Assembly: GCF_000020385.1 (NCBI RefSeq)
Contig: NC_010814.1
Location: 2,490,001-2,522,000, forward strand
Source of the DNA: Trichlorobacter lovleyi SZ
GTDB taxonomy: Bacteria; Desulfobacterota; Desulfuromonadia; Geobacterales; Pseudopelobacteraceae
Direction of reading: 5' to 3'
DNA length: 32,000 nt
Position 1 is the stretch's first letter, and each line of letters begins with the position of its first letter. The position numbers and the translations under genes were made by a program. Under the pieces are notes generated by a model. That model had not been told where the DNA came from. It did no database searches and saw only the letters and a program-made list of their open reading frames with translations. Positions 14,917 to 23,578 of the stretch are shown piece after piece.

Positions 14917-17442
14917 TTACTTCACCACAATCCGGTCAGCGGTTACGCTGCCCGTCCCAATGGTTAATACACCCTGCAGCGTAGTCACACCGCTGGTTGT
15001 CCTGCTGAAGTCAGCTTTATACCCTCCCTGCAGGTTCAGCTTCTTATTAATTACTGTACTTAGCGATAACGTATCTTCCAGCAGGTAAACCAATGTTGTA
15101 TCTGTTGTTGATGCTGCTGCATAGGCATCTGCAAGGCTACCATAACCATTACTGCCTATCTTGGCCTTGGGTGCCAGAGTAAAGGTGGCAGTAACTCCTT
15201 TTGCGCTATCCATAGCCACAGTACACGCATCCAACCCTAAACAGGCCCCACCCCACCCGCCAAAGGTGGACAGGGAGTCGGACATCTGCAAAAGGGTGAC
15301 GTTTTGTCCATAGGGGAAGGTGGTGGTACAGGTTCCACTGGTACAGGTAATACCCACTGGTTTTGTACCCAGCGGGTCGCTGGTGACGGTTCCCCCGCCG
15401 GTCCCAGCTACGGATACCGAAAGTACGGGTGGTAAAGGCAAACCGTTGATCAACACATCATCAATCCTCCAGCTGCCCATGGTTCCATAATAGTGAAAGC
15501 GTACCATCACATTGCTTTTACCTGCCGCAACTGACGTCATATTCAAGCTTATGCTCTCAGTGAAGCTCCCTTGCGTTTTCTTCAAAATATTTACCCATGG
15601 ACCTGCAGGGCCATTCTCGCTGATATCAACATCCGCGGTTGATGCATTTAACACGGACTTAAACGCCAAGTTAACAGAACCATAGTTACGAAGATCAAGA
15701 GCAGGTGTTCTGAGTTCAATATCAATAAAGGCATCTGGTTGGTCTCCATAGTTACTACCCCGTGCAAATCCGCCAGTACCACCTGTGTAGTTGGTTCCCA
15801 AAGAAGTACCAAACCACCACGTACCAGCAGGGTCAGAAATCCTTGTCCAACCTGTTGGTACACTGCTTGATTCAAATGCCTCGCTTAATGCGACAACAGA
15901 GGTAAATGTTGCCGTTATCGAAGTGTCTGACAGCATAGTAACGGTACAGGGACCAGTTCCAGTACACCCGCCTCCTGACCAACCGGTAAAGGTAGAGCCA
16001 TTATCAGCTGTGGCAGTCAACGTTACTACGTCTCCTGTTGCGTAACCATTTGTGCCTGTGGTGCCATTCCAGGCAAAAAGACCGCCATCTGAGGCGGTTA
16101 CAGTGCCTGTTCCTGCTCCAGTTTTAGAAACCGACAGGCTAAAATCCTTAGGATCGTTTGGCACAATACCGGTGATGATAGACTGGTTGCTCCCGCTCCA
16201 GAAATAGCTGCCAGTAGTAAAGCCGTTATATACGTCATAATAGGCATCATACCACCCGTCCCATCCAAGATTCAGATGCACCTTACTGGTAATGCCGTCG
16301 GTTTGATACCCATCAGCAACAAAGGCATGAGCACCGATGGTCGAGTTAACTGAACTAAACATCACCGGTCTTCCTGGTACTGCATCAAATTCATTCTTAA
16401 ACAGATCAAACCAGGTGGAGGACGTATAATCGTTCCTAATGTGCTTGGCTTGAGTGGGTTTATAATTAAAATACGTTGGAAGAGTATAAGGAGTAACGCC
16501 AGCACCAGAATCAGAACAGCCATAGTCCATATAAACCGCTATCCCAACATCTGACATAAGTTTGGCCACTGCATTGATTTGTGTGCTTGTACTGAAAGAA
16601 GAGAGGGCCGATGGCATATTGTTCCAGTCATACACACTTTGAGAAAAATCAGCCGATAATGTAGTGCCATTCCACGCATATGAGTTACTGCCAACTCCTT
16701 TGTCTGGCCAGCGCCAATAGCGGAGTATCTGGGACCAGGCAGTAGCCACACAGCCAGTCAAGGTATGGGCGCAGGTTCCAACGTCACCAGTACCTGCTGG
16801 GGTCAGATAATTATAATAGGGAGACTGCCCCCATGTGGTTGTGAGTAAAGGGGCTACTTGGGCAGTCGCATATACTATACTGGATGCTGCCTTGGAGGTT
16901 GTAGCTTCAGGGGTTGCAGGCTCAGCAGCGTAGAATTGCCATGACACGCCAACCGGAGTTTTTTCAGAAGCAATACTTTTGTTTGCGCCTACCTGTTCCT
17001 TTAGTTTTTGAATGCTTTTATGGGTGGAAAACATCTCAGGAAGGATCCATGATTCTACAGAATCAGGCTGCGTTACCCGTGATGGTTCAAAGCTGGACCT
17101 GTAAGAGAAAAGCACTACCGGCGTAAATTCATCATGATACGGAATAAGGAGGTAACCACTTGGTTTGACCGAGACATTATAGGCTATCGGTTCACCTTCA
17201 TGCTCTACAAGCTGAATCTTTGTGACGACCGGTTTTGGATCATTGGCCCACAGCCCAAATCTCTCAACTTGATGACGAAGAAAGTTTTGTGCCACTCGCC
17301 TCACCACCACTTCTGCAACAGGTGCAGCAATAACGTTGAGCGGGCAGACGAGTATCCCCAAAATCAGTACTAATGATATGCCATAAATTGTCTTTGTGGA
17401 CATGCTTTCCCCTGTCATGGCAAACATGTTGTGCTTAGTCAT
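14917..17442 (-). CDS. secreted C10-family (streptopain-like) cysteine peptidase with prodomain, B-repeat-like domains, a MAM/choice-of-anchor-J-like domain and a shared C-terminal tail
   Basis: Catalytic Cys context TGCVATAWSQILRYWRWP and His context GAHAFVADGY, with an upstream WGQSPYYNYLTP. The signal peptide starts more plausibly at Met14 (ATG at 17403). GWSGGGC/GGWGGAC repeat modules are present. Confidence 0.88.
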   Translation of the reverse strand: MTKHNMFAMTGESMSTKTIYGISLVLILGILVCPLNVIAAPVAEVVVRRVAQNFLRHQVERFGLWANDPKPVVTKIQLVEHEGEPIAYNVSVKPSGYLLIPYHDEFTPVVLFSYRSSFEPSRVTQPDSVESWILPEMFSTHKSIQKLKEQVGANKSIASEKTPVGVSWQFYAAEPATPEATTSKAASSIVYATAQVAPLLTTTWGQSPYYNYLTPAGTGDVGTCAHTLTGCVATAWSQILRYWRWPDKGVGSNSYAWNGTTLSADFSQSVYDWNNMPSALSSFSTSTQINAVAKLMSDVGIAVYMDYGCSDSGAGVTPYTLPTYFNYKPTQAKHIRNDYTSSTWFDLFKNEFDAVPGRPVMFSSVNSTIGAHAFVADGYQTDGITSKVHLNLGWDGWYDAYYDVYNGFTTGSYFWSGSNQSIITGIVPNDPKDFSLSVSKTGAGTGTVTASDGGLFAWNGTTGTNGYATGDVVTLTATADNGSTFTGWSGGGCTGTGPCTVTMLSDTSITATFTSVVALSEAFESSSVPTGWTRISDPAGTWWFGTSLGTNYTGGTGGFARGSNYGDQPDAFIDIELRTPALDLRNYGSVNLAFKSVLNASTADVDISENGPAGPWVNILKKTQGSFTESISLNMTSVAAGKSNVMVRFHYYGTMGSWRIDDVLINGLPLPPVLSVSVAGTGGGTVTSDPLGTKPVGITCTSGTCTTTFPYGQNVTLLQMSDSLSTFGGWGGACLGLDACTVAMDSAKGVTATFTLAPKAKIGSNGYGSLADAYAAASTTDTTLVYLLEDTLSLSTVINKKLNLQGGYKADFSRTTSGVTTLQGVLTIGTGSVTADRIVVK

Positions 17443-17486
17443 ATATTCTGCCTCAAATATGAAGAATGGCTAATACTTTCATTTTA

Positions 17487-20400
17487 CTACTTCACTACAA
17501 TCCTATCTGCGGTCAGGCTTCCAGTCCCCACTGTCAGTATCCCTTGTAATACAGTGTAACCGTTTGTGCTTCTGGTGTAGTCGGCCATATACCCTCCTTG
17601 CAGTGTAAGCGGTTTATTGATGGTGCTATAAAGCGTCAAACTATCCTCCAGCAACATGACAACAGCATTATTACCTGCTGCTGCATAGGCGTCTGCAAAG
17701 TTAGCATAACCGGTATTGCCTATTTTCGCCTTGGGTGCGAGGTTGAAGGTAGCAGTCACCGTCTTATCAGCGGTCATGCTTAAAGCACAGGTCCCTGACA
17801 GATTTGTGCAGGCGCCACCCCAACCACCAAATGTGACAATACTGCTGGAACTGGCGGTAAGGGTGACGTTTGTTGCGTCATCAAACAATGCAGTGCAGGT
17901 AGCATTGGAGCAACTAATGCCAGCCGGTACACTGCTGACTGTCCCGATGCCATAAATGGTGGTGGTCAATGTTGGTATGGTAACAGCGGTAGTTGCCTGT
18001 ACCGGTGCAGAGACATTACCGGCAGCGTCTTTAGCCCAGACATTCAACACCTTAAACCCATTTGAACTGACCGCATACCCGGTAGGTTTGGTTGCCAGCC
18101 AACCGGCATCTCCTGCTGCTGGTGGCGTGCTTGTTTCTGTCACCATCCAACCAGTAATAGCAACGTTGTCGCTAGCGGTAAGAGTGGTAAACGGTATGGT
18201 CTTGGTCTTGACGGTTGCCGGTATCACAAAGGCACTGATAACTGGTGCTCCACTATCCACTCCAGTAACGGTAACCGGTACGGCTACCGATGGTGTATCA
18301 GGGTCATTGGATGCAACGGTCACGGTGGCAGTCTTGGTTACCAACGCTGTTGGGGTAATACTTACCCCAACCGTGCAGGAAAGACCTGCCTGAATGGTTG
18401 GAGTCATGCTGGCACAGGCATTGTCACCCGATGGAGCAACAGTAAAGGCGGCTGCGTCAGTACCAGACTTGGTGATGCCGGTTACATTAAGTGGTGCAGT
18501 ACCGGCATTGCGAATGGTCAGCAGAGCGGTTGATGTCTGTCCAATGTTGGCAGTGCCGCTCAGAGGGTTGGGGGTAACACTGATGTCCTGCAGGTTACCG
18601 CCCAGCACTACAGTGTAACTGTTGTTCAGTTCGTCACTTTCAGCAATGCTATTGGCTTCATCGACTGTCGCCACTACGGTGTAATACGGTTGTACTATGG
18701 CAGAGGCATCCCAGGTGTAGGTAAGATCAACACTGGCAAAGCGTGCCAGGGTTGGAACCGTCAGGTTGGTAATAACCGGACCGGTACTGCTGCCGTTATG
18801 CAGCGTCACGGTTGAGGCAGCACTGGCAGTACCGCCGATGTTTGCCACGGTAACAATCATGCTGTATTTGGTGGCAGCCAGTTTTTCCCAGGTAATGTTT
18901 CTGATGGAAAGATCCGGCTGGGCCAGAGAACTGCTGATCACGTTATTGGCCCGGTTCAAGGTGTCAATGGTGGCGTTGGGGTCGATCACAGCATAGACCG
19001 TATAGGGTGCTGCACCTGCCGGGATGGTCCAGGAAACAGATACGGTCTGCACTTCACCCGGTTTGAATGGCCCTGTTATGGTAGCCGTACCGATACTGTT
19101 GCCACCATTGGCAGGGTCTCCATTGTAGAAGGTAACCGGGATATTCTGGGCAACCTTGTCACCCAGGTTCTGGGCCACAGCGCTCAAGGTGACAGCAGTG
19201 CCAGGGGCCGGGTTACGTGGGTCAGAGATCAGGCTGCCAGCCTCAAGGGCCAGGTCATCCCCCATGGTGTGCTTTAACATATAGAGGTCAGTCAAGGCAC
19301 CGGTTGTCGGGGTGCCGTCTGGATTGATCAGCAGTTTGCGGTTGTAGACCGAGATAATGGTGTCAGTTCCCAGGAAGGCAATTGAGGGCCATTGTTCGGT
19401 CTCAGCATCAAAGGTTAACTGCTTGGGTTCACCCCAGACCTTGAAGACCGGATCATAGAACAGGCCAAACAGGTCCGAGGTGCTGTCTTCACTGTTGTCT
19501 GCATAGATCACCGCTACCTTGCCGTCTGTGGCCTGGGCCTGTTTGTAGTCTGCCAAGGTGCTGGAGTAGTTGTCTTCAGCACGGATGACCGTACGATTGG
19601 CAAAGTCAAAGTTAACCACACTGGAAAGCTCATTCCCCCGTACCCAGGTCATGACGACATTGTTGTTGCTGTCCAGGGCCAACTGGGGGTTGTCGTCTAT
19701 TACGCTGTCGGTTGTCAGGCGGGTCAGGCTGCCCCATGTTCCGCCGTTGTTGGTCAGGCGATACAGTTCAAGGTCTTCCAGGGTGCTGCTGTTGGCATCA
19801 GTGTCGAGGGAAAGCACAATATTGGCGGTTGTACCATCATACACGGCGCTGTAGCGCTTGATGGCGTTGGGGATGCTGGCCAGCAGTTGCGGCGTACTCC
19901 AGGCAGTGCCGTTAAAGGTGGCTGCGTACAGGCTGTTGGGTTTGGTTGCGCTACCCACAAGATCATTCTGGCTGTTGGCAATCCAGGTCAGCAGCAGGTT
20001 GTTTTTGTCCTTACCGGCAAGTTTCGGTGTACGCTCAAGGCTGCCGTTGTTGGTCAGGCGAACAGCAGTGCCCCAGGTTTTGGTGGTGGGATTGTAGACC
20101 GCAGCTGCTATCTCCATCAGCGGAACCACGTCCTCAAGCAGGGCTGTGTCCGGCAGGGTGGTTTTCATATCTTCCCAGGCAGTAACCATACTGCCATCGC
20201 TAAAGGTTAAGGAGCTCGGATTAAAGTCAGCGGTGCCGTTGTCAGCCACAGCCACCGGCGTACTCCAGGTGGAACCGTCAAAGCTTGAGTGCTGCAGCAT
20301 GGTACGGTTCATGAGAGTCCGAGCTGTGTTATCTTTTAACCAGAGCAGGTTGACGTTACTGCCGTTGGATGAAAGCGAGGCCGATGAAACCGGGAAGGTG

Positions 20401-23400
20401 GCAGACATGATCGGAGCAGAAGCGACACTGTAGCTCTGGGTCTCGGTGGCCACCTGTTTAACCGTATAGCTGGGAGATGACTTAAAGTCAGCAGGAACTG
20501 CGGCCTTCAGGTAGGTGCGGGGAATCTGCTCCAATAGTCCAGGAGTTGCTATTGTGTCTTCTCCGAGGCTACAACTGCCATATAGGCACCATGTACCCTT
20601 GCCAATCACATAGTTATATTTAAAATTGAACAGATAAGCTGTCGCTGTCAAATCGGCACTAAACTTAAGTTGATTGTCATTTGTAGGTAGTGTTAAGCCA
20701 AGATTTAACGTTCCTGTCAGCGTACCTTCCACACCGACGTTACCATCTACACCGACACCAAGAGTTCCAGATACGGCTGGATTAAGGTTAAGGCTTCCTT
20801 CAAAATCTTCTTGGGCAAGCCCCATTCCAAGAGCATTAAAACCGACATCTCCAGTGAAGTGAAATTTCCCCTTCAGGTAATAGGGGACAGGTATAGGCAC
20901 AACTGCAGGAATTACAAACATGCTTTGTTTCGTTTTTTCAATGGAGTAGTCCAAGGCAAAGCCAACGTCACCTTTAACATCCCATCCAGAGTCTGCTGTA
21001 GAGCAAGATTCAGGATTAAACTCGGTCTTTATATCAATAAAGGGGTAAAAAGAAGCACTTTGTGAACCAAAACCGATTTTCGGCATGCCTTTACCTTGAT
21101 ACTTTTTTACATAATCATCAAAGTTTCTCTTGAATTTTTTGAAATCACGATTTTTGGCATACTCTTTATCAAACAGGTTCCCTTGGGTTTGATCAATCCA
21201 GGCGACCCTATATTTACCTCCATCCGTGCTACTATATTCAAAGGCAACACTTGGCAGCAGCTTCAGTAAAAATGAATCGCCAAACAATATTGGTACAGCG
21301 TAGTTGGCAATACTCACATTAAGATTGGCAAGTGAAAGCTGTTTGTCGTTTTCGCCATAACTGTATTTGTTTGTATAAGAAAAAACGCTACCTTCATCAA
21401 CAAATTGCAGCATTGGTGGATCTGCGTTTGGGTTAAATCTTTTGGCCACCATGAAATCAGCATTTACTATCGGCGAGCTATTACCAGCAAAATCAACCGC
21501 TGCTACAGATAGTGTTGTACACGGGTCAAACTCTGTAGTTATATTGAATGTTTTACTAACTGGTGCGAATGAACCAAAGGTGTATTCATTGTAGGTTCCA
21601 CGCGGCGTTATAAATTTTATGTAGTTTGGAGTTTTTCCATCCCAATCCACATCAACAGTAAAGGTCACATCAACTGTTTGGTTGCCGATATATTCTTTAG
21701 GTAGAAAATAATACGGCTTACCGCTGGAATACTTTGAGGTAACCGAGGTCACCCGGAAACCAGTGGTGGCGGGAGTAAGGCTAATATCTTTCTGGGCAGA
21801 CTGCAGCGGCGCCAGTGTTACGTTAGCCCTGGCAGTCTCATAACCGCTTTTGGCGGCAACAAGGCTTAAACTGCCGCTGGTAAGGTTTTCCGCAAGGTAG
21901 TGTCCACCTGTATCGGTTGTATAGGGGCCACTGCCGCCAACCGTAATGCTTGCGCCGCTTACTGGCAGCTTGGTGGTTGCGTCTCGGACCACACCCCCCA
22001 CTGTTGCCGTGCCCACACCGCAGGAACTACCGGAAAGCGCAGCGGTCAGGGTGCCCTGATCGGTAACAACATTCAAGGTAGCGCTTTGGGTACCACAACT
22101 ATGGGGGGTAAAGTTGACCGAAATGTTGCAGCTTGATTTTGAGGCAAGAGTACTACCGGAGCAGCCGTCTCCTAGACTAAAATCCAAGGCATTAGGACCG
22201 GTAATGCTGGCGCCAGTGATGCTGGCAGCGGTGGCGAGGGTATTGCTGACGGTTAAGGTCTTTGATGTGGTGACCTCAATATATTGATTGGCAAAAACTT
22301 CTTTGCTTGGGAAAAGCACTACAGAACCCAGTTTTTTTACGCTACCGCCTCGAACAGGCCAAACTCCATTTTTATAAACTTTGTAATACGAATACACAAA
22401 AGATTCGTACCAAAAATTCATACTACTTGCAGAACCTCTAATTTCATCATCTAGCTGACTTACAAACTGAAATAAAGTTGGACTGCTCGATGACCAATAA
22501 AGATAATAACTCAAATCAAGATTAACGAAAGGGTGCGCATTGGGTAAAGAAGGAGCTTTTTGCTGTAAATCAATAATTGACTTTAGTTCGTTGCGATTAG
22601 GCAAACGCCAGTCGTTAAACCCAAGATAGTTTTGACTATTTATTTTTTTGATATAATCTAGGGCATCCTGCCATGATAATCGCTCTGACGAGGGACTGGC
22701 ATTTTTGGTCCAGACTAGATCTGTCAAACCATCAGTGATTGTATTGTTTCCATTATCAATAAAACGTGGATTAGGCCAAGCTTTACCTGCTTGGATTTCT
22801 CCATCTTGCCCCGTCCCCTGACAATTCACTTCATTTGCAACATCATCATAACATTTGGTCTGTCCCGTTTTATAAAGACTTATTGCAGACTTTTCAATAA
22901 TTGTACTATTACGAACTGGCCACGCATAAACATAATTGCTTTTGCCTGTAGAAGACATGTGTTCACTATAAACACTACCATAATAAGCATAATAACCGGA
23001 TCCTGATGATGACACATCTGTTGTTGATGTCCAAAAATAACGAGAATTAAAGTTTGTAAAAGGAATTGATATTGGTGATGCAGAATAACTATACTGAATG
23101 TTTATTAGGCTATCCAACTCAAGCACATTAGGAAGTCGCCAATCATTAAAGCCAAGATAGTTTTGACTATTAAGATACTTAACATAATTGAGAGCACCTA
23201 GCCAGGTTTGCCATACACCGGCAGGACTGGCATTTTTACTCCATTCTAGACCTGTAAGGTTGTCCGTTACCGTGCCATTACCATTATCAGTGAAACGTGG
23301 ATCTGGCCAGGCTTTACCTGCCTGTATTTCGCCATCCTGACCAGTGCCGGCGCAGGCCATTTCAGCGCCAGCAGTGTCATAGCATTTGGTCTGTCCGGTA

Positions 23401-23495
23401 GCCGGCAACTGGATAGTTGCAGCATAAGTAGATACACTGCATAAAATGCCACATATAAAAGTCACTAGAAACTTGGCAAACAATGATCTATTCAT
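17487..23495 (-). CDS. 2002-aa secreted multidomain surface protein
   Basis: The order is a signal peptide, then two DUF1566/Lcl-like repeats (GFNDWRLPN). Next come a choice-of-anchor-D-like domain, a carboxypeptidase-regulatory-like domain and ~400 aa I could not assign. Then follow degenerate Asp-box propeller-like repeats (SFDGSTW, NNGGTWGS), CARDB-like domains, a second choice-of-anchor-D-like domain, a B-repeat and the shared tail. Confidence 0.88.
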   Translation of the reverse strand: MNRSLFAKFLVTFICGILCSVSTYAATIQLPATGQTKCYDTAGAEMACAGTGQDGEIQAGKAWPDPRFTDNGNGTVTDNLTGLEWSKNASPAGVWQTWLGALNYVKYLNSQNYLGFNDWRLPNVLELDSLINIQYSYSASPISIPFTNFNSRYFWTSTTDVSSSGSGYYAYYGSVYSEHMSSTGKSNYVYAWPVRNSTIIEKSAISLYKTGQTKCYDDVANEVNCQGTGQDGEIQAGKAWPNPRFIDNGNNTITDGLTDLVWTKNASPSSERLSWQDALDYIKKINSQNYLGFNDWRLPNRNELKSIIDLQQKAPSLPNAHPFVNLDLSYYLYWSSSSPTLFQFVSQLDDEIRGSASSMNFWYESFVYSYYKVYKNGVWPVRGGSVKKLGSVVLFPSKEVFANQYIEVTTSKTLTVSNTLATAASITGASITGPNALDFSLGDGCSGSTLASKSSCNISVNFTPHSCGTQSATLNVVTDQGTLTAALSGSSCGVGTATVGGVVRDATTKLPVSGASITVGGSGPYTTDTGGHYLAENLTSGSLSLVAAKSGYETARANVTLAPLQSAQKDISLTPATTGFRVTSVTSKYSSGKPYYFLPKEYIGNQTVDVTFTVDVDWDGKTPNYIKFITPRGTYNEYTFGSFAPVSKTFNITTEFDPCTTLSVAAVDFAGNSSPIVNADFMVAKRFNPNADPPMLQFVDEGSVFSYTNKYSYGENDKQLSLANLNVSIANYAVPILFGDSFLLKLLPSVAFEYSSTDGGKYRVAWIDQTQGNLFDKEYAKNRDFKKFKRNFDDYVKKYQGKGMPKIGFGSQSASFYPFIDIKTEFNPESCSTADSGWDVKGDVGFALDYSIEKTKQSMFVIPAVVPIPVPYYLKGKFHFTGDVGFNALGMGLAQEDFEGSLNLNPAVSGTLGVGVDGNVGVEGTLTGTLNLGLTLPTNDNQLKFSADLTATAYLFNFKYNYVIGKGTWCLYGSCSLGEDTIATPGLLEQIPRTYLKAAVPADFKSSPSYTVKQVATETQSYSVASAPIMSATFPVSSASLSSNGSNVNLLWLKDNTARTLMNRTMLQHSSFDGSTWSTPVAVADNGTADFNPSSLTFSDGSMVTAWEDMKTTLPDTALLEDVVPLMEIAAAVYNPTTKTWGTAVRLTNNGSLERTPKLAGKDKNNLLLTWIANSQNDLVGSATKPNSLYAATFNGTAWSTPQLLASIPNAIKRYSAVYDGTTANIVLSLDTDANSSTLEDLELYRLTNNGGTWGSLTRLTTDSVIDDNPQLALDSNNNVVMTWVRGNELSSVVNFDFANRTVIRAEDNYSSTLADYKQAQATDGKVAVIYADNSEDSTSDLFGLFYDPVFKVWGEPKQLTFDAETEQWPSIAFLGTDTIISVYNRKLLINPDGTPTTGALTDLYMLKHTMGDDLALEAGSLISDPRNPAPGTAVTLSAVAQNLGDKVAQNIPVTFYNGDPANGGNSIGTATITGPFKPGEVQTVSVSWTIPAGAAPYTVYAVIDPNATIDTLNRANNVISSSLAQPDLSIRNITWEKLAATKYSMIVTVANIGGTASAASTVTLHNGSSTGPVITNLTVPTLARFASVDLTYTWDASAIVQPYYTVVATVDEANSIAESDELNNSYTVVLGGNLQDISVTPNPLSGTANIGQTSTALLTIRNAGTAPLNVTGITKSGTDAAAFTVAPSGDNACASMTPTIQAGLSCTVGVSITPTALVTKTATVTVASNDPDTPSVAVPVTVTGVDSGAPVISAFVIPATVKTKTIPFTTLTASDNVAITGWMVTETSTPPAAGDAGWLATKPTGYAVSSNGFKVLNVWAKDAAGNVSAPVQATTAVTIPTLTTTIYGIGTVSSVPAGISCSNATCTALFDDATNVTLTASSSSIVTFGGWGGACTNLSGTCALSMTADKTVTATFNLAPKAKIGNTGYANFADAYAAAGNNAVVMLLEDSLTLYSTINKPLTLQGGYMADYTRSTNGYTVLQGILTVGTGSLTADRIVVK

Positions 23496-23578
23496 CCCGG
23501 CCCCATTTTCATATGTGCTATTTTTTTAAATACAAAAACACCTGAAACAACAAAATGTCATTCTTCCCGCGCCTATAT

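Noticed and set aside
14917-15177. Known C-terminal sorting signals on the secreted proteins (PEP-CTERM, LPXTG, T9SS CTD, or an autotransporter beta-barrel ending in an aromatic residue).
   Set aside because: The tails contain no PEP or LPXTG motif, no terminal TM helix with a basic cluster, and no terminal Phe/Trp. They end in ADRIVVK or LPSLLQTN.
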